Shown here in pieces: positions 1-8,657 of a DNA stretch of 64,000 bases; the first letter of the stretch is position 1; the number at the start of each line of letters is the position of its first letter. The position numbers and the translations under genes were made by a program. The notes under the pieces are model-generated. The model searched no databases and was not told where the DNA came from. It was given only the letters and a program-made list of their open reading frames with translations. Origin of the DNA: an uncultured Candidatus Saccharibacteria bacterium (lineage in GTDB: Bacteria > Patescibacteriota > Saccharimonadia > Saccharimonadales > Saccharimonadaceae); NCBI GenBank assembly GCA_964520495.1, contig CAZFMZ010000001.1:216734-280733 (forward strand), written 5' to 3'.

Positions 1-419
1 GTCTTATGCTGAAGTCGCAGTCATTGGTCGGTTCAGCCCGCGCGACGAACGGTGTCACTCAACCGATACTGACAGGTGCCGCTCTCGGGCCGGTGTTCAG
101 TAGCTGCAGCCCGACATACGCGTTCATCGTCGCGGCAGTCCTGCCGGTTTCGTTCATCGAAGGAACTGTCTACTTACTACTTTATGTCATAGGATTGATG
201 CTCGCCCTGTTTCCGCTGGCGTATGGCGGTCAGCGCTTAGTACGGCGGCTCGGGTGGGCCCTGAATCCCCACGGATTGTTCAGGCGCGCGGTAGGCATCG
301 TCTTCGTACTGATTGGTGTCTTCGTTCTTATTGGAGGTGACCGTGTACTACAAGCCGCCATATTGGAAAGCGGCGCGTACGACCCAATCGAATCACTTGA
401 ACAGTCACTGCGACGTTAA
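1..419 (+). CDS. C-terminal part of a CcdA/DsbD-type thiol-disulfide transporter (cytochrome c biogenesis transmembrane family); 5' end lies outside the window
   Basis: ORF 6..419 remains open to the left edge. It is a polytopic hydrophobic protein with the family-like Cys-Pro motif GPVFSSCSPTY inside a TM segment. Confidence 0.55.
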   Translation, partial: LMLKSQSLVGSARATNGVTQPILTGAALGPVFSSCSPTYAFIVAAVLPVSFIEGTVYLLLYVIGLMLALFPLAYGGQRLVRRLGWALNPHGLFRRAVGIVFVLIGVFVLIGGDRVLQAAILESGAYDPIESLEQSLRR

Positions 420-437
420 ACGCCACAGGCAGACACT

Positions 438-467
438 AAAAAGACATCCCATGGTGGGATGTCTTTT
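438..467. terminator. Bidirectional intrinsic terminator between the convergent ccdA-like gene and rpsI
   Basis: The 9-bp stem gacatccca/tgggatgtc has a 3-nt loop. An A-run lies upstream and a T-run downstream. Confidence 0.6.
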
Positions 468-491
468 GTGTGCGCTACTAGTACGAAGTGA

Positions 492-890
492 TTAACGCTT
501 CGAGTATTGTTCGCGCTTACGGGCTGAACGCAGACCGTATTTCTTACGTTCCTTCTCGCGTGGGTCACGCTTAAGGAATTCAGCCTTCTTCAGTGTCGAA
601 CGCAAGTCAGAGTGATCGACAGTCAGTGCTTTGGCGATGGCCAATTTGATGGCATCTACCTGACCGGAAAGACCACCACCGCTGACGCGGATAGTGACGT
701 CGAAATCCTTCTGCTTGTTCACGAGTGCCAATGGATCGGTCACTTCGGCAAGCAGCGTAGCGTTGTCGCTAAGGTACTCAGCGGCCGGCTTGTCGTTGAT
801 AGTGACATTACCCTTGCCTTTGTACAGGCGGGCACGTGCCGTTGCGCTCTTGCGTCGTCCGAGGCCGTAGGCGTACTTTGCTTCTGCCAT
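492..890 (-). CDS. rpsI: 30S ribosomal protein S9
   Basis: The protein begins MAEAKYAYGLGRRKSATARARLY and ends RKREQYSKR. It lies directly downstream of rplM. Confidence 0.97.
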   Translation of the reverse strand: MAEAKYAYGLGRRKSATARARLYKGKGNVTINDKPAAEYLSDNATLLAEVTDPLALVNKQKDFDVTIRVSGGGLSGQVDAIKLAIAKALTVDHSDLRSTLKKAEFLKRDPREKERKKYGLRSARKREQYSKR

Positions 891-891
891 G

Positions 892-1326
892 TTACTTCAC
901 CTCTACTTTCTCTGGTTTCTGAGCCGCGTGGGCGTGTTCGCTACCAACAAACACCTTCAGGCGCTGCATGCGGTCTGGGCTCAGCTTGTTCTTTGGCAAC
1001 ATACCTTTCACGGCGTTCTCAATGATTCGCTCTGGGAATTTCTCACGAACTTCCTTCAGCGTGGCATCCTTGATGCCGCCTGGGAATCCACTGTGACGGT
1101 AGTAAATCTTTGCTTCTTCCTTGTTACCGGTAACCGGTACTTCAGCGGCATTGATGACGACGACATAGTCGCCTCCATCGATGTGCGGCGTGTAGGTAGG
1201 CTTGTACTTACCGATCAGGTACTTAGCGATCTCTGTGCTCAGGCGTCCCAGAGGGGCGTCCTTGGCGTCAATCAGCACCCAGCGGCGAGTAACTTCGCTT
1301 GGCTTCTGAGAATATGTCTTCGACAT
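892..1326 (-). CDS. rplM: 50S ribosomal protein L13
   Basis: The N-terminus is MSKTYSQKPSEVTRRWVLIDAKDAPLGRLST. It forms the usual L13-S9 pair. Confidence 0.97.
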   Translation of the reverse strand: MSKTYSQKPSEVTRRWVLIDAKDAPLGRLSTEIAKYLIGKYKPTYTPHIDGGDYVVVINAAEVPVTGNKEEAKIYYRHSGFPGGIKDATLKEVREKFPERIIENAVKGMLPKNKLSPDRMQRLKVFVGSEHAHAAQKPEKVEVK

Positions 1327-1712
1327 TACTTGCTCTCCTTCGCAACAGGCTTGAGTTCGTCGACGAAGCTGATGGTAGCCATCTCGGCACCGTCACCCTT
1401 ACGGATGCGGGTGCGCTCAACGCGAACGTGACCACTGGTGCGTCCGCCAAGCTGTGGAGCGACTTCGTCGACCAGCTTGAAGGCGGCAGCCTGAGTGCTT
1501 AAGCCTGCGATCACCTGGCGACGTGACGCGAGGTCACCTTTCTTCGCCTTGGTGATTAGTTTTTCAATGTAGCGGACGAGTTCCTTCGCTTTTGGCAGCG
1601 TCGTCTCAATCTTGCCGTGTTCGACCAAGCTGGTGGCCAGGCCTTTCAGCAGCGCGCGGCGCTGGTCGCGTTCACGACCGAACTTGCGTCCTTTATAACC
1701 GTGTCGATGCAT
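1326..1712 (-). CDS. rplQ: 50S ribosomal protein L17
   Basis: The N-terminus is MHRHGYKGRKFGRERDQRRALLKGLATSL. It follows rpoA. Confidence 0.97.
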   Translation of the reverse strand: MHRHGYKGRKFGRERDQRRALLKGLATSLVEHGKIETTLPKAKELVRYIEKLITKAKKGDLASRRQVIAGLSTQAAAFKLVDEVAPQLGGRTSGHVRVERTRIRKGDGAEMATISFVDELKPVAKESK

Positions 1713-1715
1713 ACT

Positions 1716-2639
1716 CTAGAGCTCCAGTTCCGCCAACTTATCTTTGACTTCGTCGAGCGCCTTCGAGCCGAAGCCCTTCAGCTCACGCAGGTCCTGCTCG
1801 CTCAGAGTGACCAGGTCGTGCACAGTACGGATATCGTTGTTGATCAAAGCGTTCGCAGTGCGGGCGCTCAGGTTCAACTCTTCGATTGGGGTGTTCAGCT
1901 CGTTCTGCTCGTCGGCGTCGTCCTGACCCAGGGCGGGTGCGGCTTCGACGCTGGTGCTACCAGCCAGGGCCGTGTACTGGTTGACCAGGATAGCGGCTGC
2001 TTCCTCGAAAGCATCCTTCGGAGCCATGCTGCCATCGGTGTCGATGGTCAGGCGTAGCTTGTCCAGGTTGGTCTCCTGGCCGACACGGGTTGGGTCGACC
2101 TTGTAACGGACACGTAGCACTGGGCTGAAGACAGCATCCAGGGCAATCATGTCGCTGTGCAGGCGAGCGTTCGAAGACTCGTCGATGGTGCGGTAACCGC
2201 GGCCAGCTTCGACGACGAGGTCGACGATGACAGACTTCTTCGGGTCGTCGATGGTGCAGATGACCTGCTCAGGGTTGACGATTTCAACGTCGGCCGTGGT
2301 CTTGATGTCACCGGCAGTGACAGGGCCTGCGCCCTTCTTTTCAAGACGCAGTTCGACCGGCTCTTCGCTGTGTACCTTGACGCGGACGTTCTTCAGGTTC
2401 AGCATGATGTCGACGACATCTTCTTTGACACCGGCAACTGTAGTGAACTCGTGGGTGGCACCTTCAAAACGGAAGGCGACGATGGCTGCACCACGGATGC
2501 TCGAAAGCAGGACACGGCGCAGACTGTTACCCAGCGTGTTGCCGTAGCCGGCGTGCAGTGGTTCGATGACGAAGGTTGCGCTCACGCCGGAGTGCTCTTC
2601 GATACCAGCCAGTGCGGGGTTGTGAATAGCTTTTGACAT
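1716..2639 (-). CDS. rpoA: DNA-directed RNA polymerase alpha subunit
   Basis: The N-terminal domain contains FVIEPLHAGYGNTLGNSLRRVLLSS and the C-terminal domain contains LNLSARTANALINNDIRTVHDL. It sits in the alpha operon position. Confidence 0.97.
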   Translation of the reverse strand: MSKAIHNPALAGIEEHSGVSATFVIEPLHAGYGNTLGNSLRRVLLSSIRGAAIVAFRFEGATHEFTTVAGVKEDVVDIMLNLKNVRVKVHSEEPVELRLEKKGAGPVTAGDIKTTADVEIVNPEQVICTIDDPKKSVIVDLVVEAGRGYRTIDESSNARLHSDMIALDAVFSPVLRVRYKVDPTRVGQETNLDKLRLTIDTDGSMAPKDAFEEAAAILVNQYTALAGSTSVEAAPALGQDDADEQNELNTPIEELNLSARTANALINNDIRTVHDLVTLSEQDLRELKGFGSKALDEVKDKLAELEL

Positions 2640-2654
2640 AGTGTGTCTCCTTGA

Positions 2655-3272
2655 TTAGCGTGAGTAGTACTCAACAATTAATTGTTCGTTGATCTCTGCC
2701 TCGGCTTCTTCGCGCTTCGGCAATCCGGTAACTTCAATCTTGAGCTTCTTCGTGTCACTCTTCAGCCAGCTCAGCGGACCTTGGACGCTGTTGGCGACCA
2801 CGTCGTCGATGGCGGCGAAGTAACCACTCTTCTGACTCTTCGGACGTACCGTGATGACGTCGCCCGGCTTGACGCGGATCGACGGAATGTCGACACGGCG
2901 GTCATTGAGCATGAAGTGGCCATGACCGACAAGCTGTCGGGCGGCGCGGCGGCTGGTAGCCAGACCGGCACGGTAGACGGTGTTGTCCAGGCGTAGTTCA
3001 AGCAGCTGCAGCAGGTTTTCACCGCTCAGGCCTTCACGACGGCTGGCTTCTTTCATCAGCTTTGCGAACTGCTTTTCGAGCAGACCGTACAGACGACGGA
3101 CCTTTTGCTTTTCACGTAGCTGAATCTGGTACAGACTCGGCTTGCTCTGGCGACCGCCGGAGTGCTGGCCTGGAATGCCTGGTTTCTTAACCAGGATCTT
3201 GTGTGCTTTCGGATGCAGGGCGTAGCCTTCGCGGCGGCTCTGCTTCACGATTGGTGAAGTATCACGTGCCAT
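2655..3272 (-). CDS. rpsD: 30S ribosomal protein S4
   Basis: The S4 domain reads RLDNTVYRAGLATSRRAARQLVGHGHF. It lies between rpsK and rpoA. Confidence 0.97.
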   Translation of the reverse strand: MARDTSPIVKQSRREGYALHPKAHKILVKKPGIPGQHSGGRQSKPSLYQIQLREKQKVRRLYGLLEKQFAKLMKEASRREGLSGENLLQLLELRLDNTVYRAGLATSRRAARQLVGHGHFMLNDRRVDIPSIRVKPGDVITVRPKSQKSGYFAAIDDVVANSVQGPLSWLKSDTKKLKIEVTGLPKREEAEAEINEQLIVEYYSR

Positions 3273-3275
3273 GGA

Positions 3276-3674
3276 CTAGACCCTCCTTGCCTTACGTGGA
3301 CGGGTGCCACCATGCGGGACACCGGTCACATCTTTGATGCTGTCAACCTGGATGTTGAAGTTCGTCATGGCGCGGACGGCCGCATCACGACCGAGCCCGA
3401 CACCTTTGACGAAGACGTCGACCGACTTCATGCCATGCAGGTTCTGTACCATCTCGGCTGCTTTCTCGGCCGCAACCTGGGAGGCGTATGCCGTACCCTT
3501 CTTGCTACCGCGGAAACCGCAAGCACCGGCGCTCGAGGCACAAAGAACTGCGCCCTTCTTGTCGGTGAACGTGATGATGGTGTTATTGAATGATGCCTGT
3601 ACGTGCATCTGACCAGCCGGAACTGATCGGCGCTGCTTCTTGCGTGCAGCAGTTTTCTGAGTTGCTTCTGCCAT
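3276..3674 (-). CDS. rpsK: 30S ribosomal protein S11
   Basis: The protein contains FNNTIITFTDKKG and GSKKGTAYASQVAAE. Confidence 0.97.
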   Translation of the reverse strand: MAEATQKTAARKKQRRSVPAGQMHVQASFNNTIITFTDKKGAVLCASSAGACGFRGSKKGTAYASQVAAEKAAEMVQNLHGMKSVDVFVKGVGLGRDAAVRAMTNFNIQVDSIKDVTGVPHGGTRPRKARRV

Positions 3675-3688
3675 ATATCAGTTCCTTT

Positions 3689-4075
3689 CTACGTCTTCGA
3701 CGCGGCTTTCTTCTGAGTTCCGCCGACGGCGATAGCTTTACCCTTACGAGTTCGTGCGTTCGTACGGGTACGCTGGCCGTTCACTGGCAAACCTGCCTTG
3801 TGGCGGAGGCCACGGTAGGCGCCGACGTCTTTCAGTCGCTTAATGTTGTTGGTTACGAGACGTTGGAGATCACCTTCGGTGGTGTAGTCGCGGTCGACTA
3901 CTTCACGAAGTTTCTGTTCTTCAGCCTCGGTGAGATCTTTCACCCGAGTGGTCGGCTCTATCTTTGCCGCCGCAAGGATGTCTCGAGAGTGCTTGGGGCC
4001 GATGCCGTACACGTACGTCAAAGCCACTTGCACTTGTTTCTCAGCGGGAATGGTTACCCCAGAGATTCGAGTCAT
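3689..4075 (-). CDS. rpsM: 30S ribosomal protein S13
   Basis: The N-terminus is MTRISGVTIPAEKQVQVALTYVYGIGP. Confidence 0.97.
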   Translation of the reverse strand: MTRISGVTIPAEKQVQVALTYVYGIGPKHSRDILAAAKIEPTTRVKDLTEAEEQKLREVVDRDYTTEGDLQRLVTNNIKRLKDVGAYRGLRHKAGLPVNGQRTRTNARTRKGKAIAVGGTQKKAASKT

Positions 4076-4077
4076 GC

Positions 4078-4194
4078 TTAACCCTGCCTTTGCTTATTCT
4101 TAGGTTTCTTCTTGTTGATGACACGCAGGCGGCCTTTACGGCGTACCAGCTGGTCATCGGGACTGATTTTCTTGACACTCGCACGAACTTTCAT
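4078..4194 (-). CDS. rpmJ: 50S ribosomal protein L36, zinc-ligand-free (C-minus) form
   Basis: This ORF is below the track's size cutoff. My translation is [38 protein letters not shown], located between infA and rpsM. Confidence 0.9.
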   Translation of the reverse strand: MKVRASVKKISPDDQLVRRKGRLRVINKKKPKNKQRQG

Positions 4195-4231
4195 GAGCGC
4201 GTAAAAACTCCTGTTCCCTTAACGTTGATAT

Positions 4232-4480
4232 TTAAGCGGTCCGGGTAGTGGGCCGCTCGTCTCGCAGGCGGAAGCTGATTCGTCCCTTCGTAAGGTCGTA
4301 AGGGGTCATCTCAACTTCTACCTTATCCCCCGGTACCAGGCGGATGTAATGCTTGCGCATCTTACCGCTGATGTGGGCGATAATACTATGACCGTTCTCA
4401 AGTTCAACCCGGAATTGAGTGTTAGGCAGTGCTTCCACCACCGTTCCTTGCATCTTGATTACTTCCTTTTGTCCAGCCAT
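4232..4480 (-). CDS. infA: Translation initiation factor IF-1
   Basis: The S1-like fold contains [22 protein letters not shown] and [10 protein letters not shown]. Confidence 0.95.
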   Translation of the reverse strand: MAGQKEVIKMQGTVVEALPNTQFRVELENGHSIIAHISGKMRKHYIRLVPGDKVEVEMTPYDLTKGRISFRLRDERPTTRTA

Positions 4481-4623
4481 AAATTACAATTATGAATTAT
4501 ACAGTAAAACAGATGTGGCGTAAAGCATTTAAAAAGATATTTTCACGAATCGCGCTGATTGGTGAATCGCTAACGTTATGATACTTCACATTGTAACCTA
4601 CCCATGCGCGGCGTCAAGCCTGA

Positions 4624-4652
4624 TTGACATTGCATCATGTTTATGATATTAT
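4624..4652 (+). promoter_or_regulatory. Sigma70-type promoter TTGACA-17-TATTAT
   Basis: A consensus -35 box and a 5/6 -10 box sit at 17-nt spacing in an AT-rich gap, upstream of the small ORF. Confidence 0.5.
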
Positions 4653-4677
4653 GAAAGTATAGTTGTCTCGCCGTGAG

Positions 4678-4857
4678 ATGACCGCACCAGAAGGGTTCAC
4701 TATGAGCAACAACGGACAGTACGACGACCTGAACGCGCACGACATCCAGGCCATCCTCGACAACGCCGCCGGCGTGGTTCGGGAGGTCGACGCCGGTTCA
4801 ACCGCGTACACCCCGGAGCAGTACCGGCACGCCCAGGACATGCTCAGCGCCAGCTGA
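4678..4857 (+). CDS. Small hypothetical protein (start uncertain: TTG 4663, ATG 4678 or ATG 4702)
   Basis: The ORF lies on the opposite strand to the r-protein run. Nearly all codons end in G/C. The peptide includes MSNNGQYDDLNAHDIQAILDNAAGVVREVD. Confidence 0.4.
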   Translation: MTAPEGFTMSNNGQYDDLNAHDIQAILDNAAGVVREVDAGSTAYTPEQYRHAQDMLSAS

Positions 4858-4885
4858 CCTTCAACCCCGCCGCCGCATGATGAAG

Positions 4886-4947
4886 AGGCCGTCGATGGCT
4901 ACCATGTTATCGACACCCAGCCTCCGTCAACGGCGGCCTTTTCATTT
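4886..4947 (+). terminator. Compound hairpin plus T-run after the small ORF
   Basis: The outer stem aggccg/cggcct encloses an inner stem gtcgat/atcgac. The sequence ttttcattt follows. Confidence 0.3.
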
Positions 4948-4958
4948 GGTTCTCTTCG

Positions 4959-5645
4959 TTAATCTTTCGCGAGGGCACGCACCATGATGCGTCGGTCATA
5001 CTCACGAAGCTTTGGTACCCAGTTACCGCTCGCGATGACCAGGCTAAGACCTTCGCGCTCCGGTTGGGCCGATGTCATCATCTCTTTCATGCCGGTCGCA
5101 TTCACTTGCGCGATTGGCATCGACCGAACATCGTACACCTCATATTCGATGACAACGCCGTCGCCGCGTTCGATTGCGATATAGTCACCCTCTCGAAGTG
5201 ATTCAGCCCGGGCAAACACGCCTGGCTTCGTCAGGCCAGCGCTACGGCCGTCAAGCAGCACTACACCCGCGCCACTGCCGGGCAGCGAGCTTTTGTCATA
5301 CCAACCGGCATCATGCACGTTGGCAGGCAACGCAAGGGCGTTATTTGCTTCGACGCCCACCGTCACCACACGTGCCCGACTGACGTCGAGCATCGGAATC
5401 GTCAAGTAGCGCGGATGGCTTGGATCGGCCGTGAACCCAGCCACCTGCTGGGCTGTCAACTCGCGCTCATCAATCATCGGGCCGGCCGCCGCCACCGGAA
5501 GCGGCAAAGGACCGGTCTCACCAGTGTTATACCAGCGAACGCCGTAAAATGCGGCCAACAGGCAGAGCGCCACGAACATCACCGCTGCGATCAGACGCAG
5601 CTTAAGATGAGTGTTCTCGTGTTTGATTTTTAACCCCGAAGCCAT
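4959..5645 (-). CDS. Membrane-anchored sortase-fold (class E/F-like) protein lacking the canonical catalytic His and Cys
   Basis: Family-like motifs LTIPMLDV, HDAGWYDKSSLPGSG, PGVFARAESLREGDYI and a terminal RIMVRA are present. The TLxTC position reads LSLVIASG. The ORF extends to 5666, but ATG 5645 follows an extended -10 box. Confidence 0.6.
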   Translation of the reverse strand: MASGLKIKHENTHLKLRLIAAVMFVALCLLAAFYGVRWYNTGETGPLPLPVAAAGPMIDERELTAQQVAGFTADPSHPRYLTIPMLDVSRARVVTVGVEANNALALPANVHDAGWYDKSSLPGSGAGVVLLDGRSAGLTKPGVFARAESLREGDYIAIERGDGVVIEYEVYDVRSMPIAQVNATGMKEMMTSAQPEREGLSLVIASGNWVPKLREYDRRIMVRALAKD

Positions 5646-5656
5646 TTCTACCTGAA

Positions 5657-5665
5657 AGTATACCA
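5657..5665 (-). promoter_or_regulatory. Extended -10 promoter TGgTATACT
   Basis: It lies 11 nt upstream of ATG 5645, immediately after the secY terminator. Confidence 0.4.
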
Positions 5666-5671
5666 TAAGCG

Positions 5672-5694
5672 AAAACGGCCCGTGAAGGCCGTCT
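5672..5694 (-). terminator. Intrinsic terminator after secY
   Basis: The stem acggcc/ggccgt is followed by a T-run on the minus strand. Confidence 0.5.
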
Positions 5695-5727
5695 TGGCGT
5701 GTCTGTCATTTGGGTATTGCGTGCCGT

Positions 5728-7143
5728 TTATTTGTAGTCGTCGTACGTTACCATCAAGGCACGCGAGTTAATCTGACGCAGTGCCTCAAGCGCCACTGAC
5801 ACGACGATCAGGATACCGGTACCACCGACCGCGAGGTTGCTGTTTTGCACACCGGCCAGCTGATAGAGCAGATACTCGGCCACGAACGGCAGCACGGCGA
5901 TGAGGCCGAGCACCAGCGAACCGAACAGAATCAGACGATTCATCGTACTGGAGAGGTACTTCTCGGTCTGCTCGCCAGGACGGACGCCTTCGATGAAGCC
6001 ACCCTGCTTCTGCAGGTTCTCGGCGATTTCATTCGAGTTGAAGACGATGCCGGTGTAGAAGTACGTGAAGGCGATGACCAGCGCGAAGTACATACCAGGA
6101 TAGATGAAGGCCTGCCACGTCTCGCCGGTGAACTCACCTGGGTTCGGTGTCTGGAACCAGACGATAAGGTTGTCGGCCAGCTGGGCCAGGTCTGGGTTGC
6201 CGGTGGCTTTAAGTACCTGGCCGACGAACGCCGGGAGACTCAAGAAAGCGACCGCGAAGATGACCGGGATCACACCAGCTGCGATCAGCTTCATCGGTAG
6301 GATACTTTTGACACCGCCATAGCTGGAGTTGCCCTGGACGCGCTTGGCGTAGTTGATCGTCACCACGCGCTGTGCCTCGTTGATTTTCACCAGCAGATAG
6401 AGGACTGCCAGCGACACCAACGTAATCGCCAGTATGATCCAGAAGGCGAGCGGATTGAACGGCAACGTGAACCAGCCGAAGACGCTCAGCGCACCGGATG
6501 AGGTGTCGAACAATGATGTCCCCAGGGTCTGCAATGTCATCGGTAGCTGGCTGATGATACCCGCAAAGATCAGCAGGCTTAATCCGTTACCGACCCCTTG
6601 TTCGGTCATGATCTCACCTAGCCACATCAACAGTAGTGAACCTGCCGTCATTGCTCCGACGGCCACGATCCATTCGATCAACGTCGTCTCGCCGAGGCCA
6701 GAGGTGGTATTGCCGGCTAAGACCGACTGGCGCAGGATATAGATGAACGCGATCGACTGCACGACCGCGAGCGGCAAACTGATGATACGTGTCCACTGCT
6801 GAATCTTACGGCGGCCGGATTCGCCATCCTTGTGGAGCTCTTCCAGCTTCGGAATCGCCTTGGTGAGCAGCTGCGTGATGATGCTGGCGGTAATGAACGG
6901 ACTCAGCCCGACCAGGACGATCGAGAAGCTGGCCAACGCTCCACCTGAAAGCAGGTTAAGGAAGCCACCGAAGTCACTCCCTGAAACCACGCTGTTGATG
7001 ACTTCACGCATCTCCGTCGGTTCAGCCAGGGGGACAGGTACGTGCGCCAGGAAGCGGTAGACCACTACCAGGCCAAGCACGACGAGCAGTCGTTTACGCA
7101 TGTCCCCGTTCTTTACGGACTTAAGGATGGTTTTCCAATTCAT
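5728..7143 (-). CDS. secY: Preprotein translocase subunit SecY
   Basis: This is a 471-aa polytopic protein containing GNGLSLLIFAGI. It lies downstream of rplO. Confidence 0.97.
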   Translation of the reverse strand: MNWKTILKSVKNGDMRKRLLVVLGLVVVYRFLAHVPVPLAEPTEMREVINSVVSGSDFGGFLNLLSGGALASFSIVLVGLSPFITASIITQLLTKAIPKLEELHKDGESGRRKIQQWTRIISLPLAVVQSIAFIYILRQSVLAGNTTSGLGETTLIEWIVAVGAMTAGSLLLMWLGEIMTEQGVGNGLSLLIFAGIISQLPMTLQTLGTSLFDTSSGALSVFGWFTLPFNPLAFWIILAITLVSLAVLYLLVKINEAQRVVTINYAKRVQGNSSYGGVKSILPMKLIAAGVIPVIFAVAFLSLPAFVGQVLKATGNPDLAQLADNLIVWFQTPNPGEFTGETWQAFIYPGMYFALVIAFTYFYTGIVFNSNEIAENLQKQGGFIEGVRPGEQTEKYLSSTMNRLILFGSLVLGLIAVLPFVAEYLLYQLAGVQNSNLAVGGTGILIVVSVALEALRQINSRALMVTYDDYK

Positions 7144-7185
7144 CAGCTTCTACCCTTCATATTGTTCGCATTTCCTGTTTCGAGC

Positions 7186-7213
7186 CGTAGCATACTTGTA
7201 TAAGTATACTACG
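7186..7213 (-). promoter_or_regulatory. Near-perfect 28-nt palindrome in the rplO-secY spacer
   Basis: The sequence is cgtagcatactt-gtat-aagtatactacg, with 11 of 12 stem positions paired. No T-run follows. Confidence 0.3.
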
Positions 7214-7230
7214 AGGCAAACAGCAAATGA

Positions 7231-7710
7231 CTATTTGTCAGCCTTCTCGGCTTCTTTGCTGCTTTTTGGCAGAGGGGTGGTGGTTTTGTTAAATGTTCCA
7301 CCAGCCTTTTCGATGGCTGCCTTGACGCTGGCGCTGGCGGCCTGCACGTTCAAGGTCACCTTAGCGGTTAGTTCGCCGCGGGCGATCACTTTCACGGTGT
7401 GAAATGGTGTTGCGATCAGACCGGCCTCAAACAGGCTCATGTTGTCTGCGAGCTTGCCGTCAAAGCCGTTCAGATGGTCGAGGTAGACGACCTGGGCTGG
7501 TGTACGCAGGCTCTTGAAGCCACGGTTTTTCGGAATCGCCTGCACCAACGCGCGCTGGCCACCCTGGAAGGTTGCGTTCAGCTTCTTACCGGTGCGGGCG
7601 CCCTGTCCTTTCGTACCACGGCCGGCAGTCTTACCTTGACCGGCTGAAATACCACGACCGACACGCTTCTTGTTCTTATTGGCGGAAACCTGGAGTTCAT
7701 TGTATTTCAT
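7231..7710 (-). CDS. rplO: 50S ribosomal protein L15
   Basis: The protein begins MKYNELQVSANKNKKRVGRGISAGQGKTAGRGTKGQ. The start shares one nucleotide with the rpsE stop (TAATG). The ORF track's N-terminal extension was trimmed. Confidence 0.93.
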   Translation of the reverse strand: MKYNELQVSANKNKKRVGRGISAGQGKTAGRGTKGQGARTGKKLNATFQGGQRALVQAIPKNRGFKSLRTPAQVVYLDHLNGFDGKLADNMSLFEAGLIATPFHTVKVIARGELTAKVTLNVQAASASVKAAIEKAGGTFNKTTTPLPKSSKEAEKADK

Positions 7711-8300
7711 TACTTGTCCTCCTTCTTCGCGGCCTTCTTCGCAGGCACGGCGTTGACCCACTGGTCTTTTGGCACCATGCTACGCAGTGCTTCGATGGTG
7801 GCGTAAGCGATGTTGACCTTGTTGGTCGATCCGAGGCTCTTTGACAGCAGGTTGTTGATGCCAGTAACACCGATGATCTGACGGACGACGCCACCAGCGA
7901 TGATACCGGTACCAGGCGCAGCTGGCTTGATAAGCACGCGGGCACCCGACAACTTAATCTCAGCTTCGTGCGGGATGGTGGCGTTCACGATTGGAACGGT
8001 CACCATGTTCTTCTTGGCGACATCGGTTGCCTTCGAGATGGCAGACTGCACGTCAGCACCCTTGGCGACACCCACACCGACCTTGGTCTTGCGGTCACCC
8101 ACGACGACAAGCGCCTTGAAACGGAAGCGACGGCCGCCCTTTACGACACGGGCGACCCGGTCGATGTTAATAACGAGCTCCTCGAACTGCTTTGGTTCGG
8201 CAGGTGCCTGGTTTCGTCGGTCATCGCGACGACCACCGCGGGCTGGTCGCTGCGTGCGTCCTTGGGCCTGCGGGGTAGTATTTGCTGCTTGTTCAGCCAT
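7710..8300 (-). CDS. rpsE: 30S ribosomal protein S5
   Basis: The protein contains VINIDRVARVVKGGRRFRFKALVVVGD. The chosen start MAEQAANTT lies right after the rplR stop. Confidence 0.93.
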   Translation of the reverse strand: MAEQAANTTPQAQGRTQRPARGGRRDDRRNQAPAEPKQFEELVINIDRVARVVKGGRRFRFKALVVVGDRKTKVGVGVAKGADVQSAISKATDVAKKNMVTVPIVNATIPHEAEIKLSGARVLIKPAAPGTGIIAGGVVRQIIGVTGINNLLSKSLGSTNKVNIAYATIEALRSMVPKDQWVNAVPAKKAAKKEDK

Positions 8301-8301
8301 A

Positions 8302-8655
8302 CTAGAACTCCAATCCTTCTTTACGTGCCGCGTCAGCCAGAGCCTGGAGGCGCTTGGCGTAGGCCCGACCATTACGGTCGAAAACGACGGCGTTAATCTT
8401 TGCTTTCTTTGCCTTCTTGGCGATTTCGGTGCCGACGACGGCAGCCTTCTCAGTCATCGATCCGCTCGCTTTCTTGCCAACGGTCGTGGCGGCGGCCAAG
8501 GTCTTCTGATTGACGTCGTCTACCAGCTGGGCCGAGACGTGCAGGTTCGAAATCGTCACGGTCAGACGAGGGCGCTCGGCCGTGCCTGTTACCTTCGAAC
8601 GGACGCGAGACTTACGCAGCCCCTTGTTCATGAGTTTCTTAGCGAGATTGTTCAT
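8302..8655 (-). CDS. rplR: 50S ribosomal protein L18
   Basis: The protein contains RPRLTVTISNLHVSAQLVDD and NGRAYAKRLQALADAARKEGLEF. Confidence 0.96.
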   Translation of the reverse strand: MNNLAKKLMNKGLRKSRVRSKVTGTAERPRLTVTISNLHVSAQLVDDVNQKTLAAATTVGKKASGSMTEKAAVVGTEIAKKAKKAKINAVVFDRNGRAYAKRLQALADAARKEGLEF

Positions 8656-8657
8656 GA

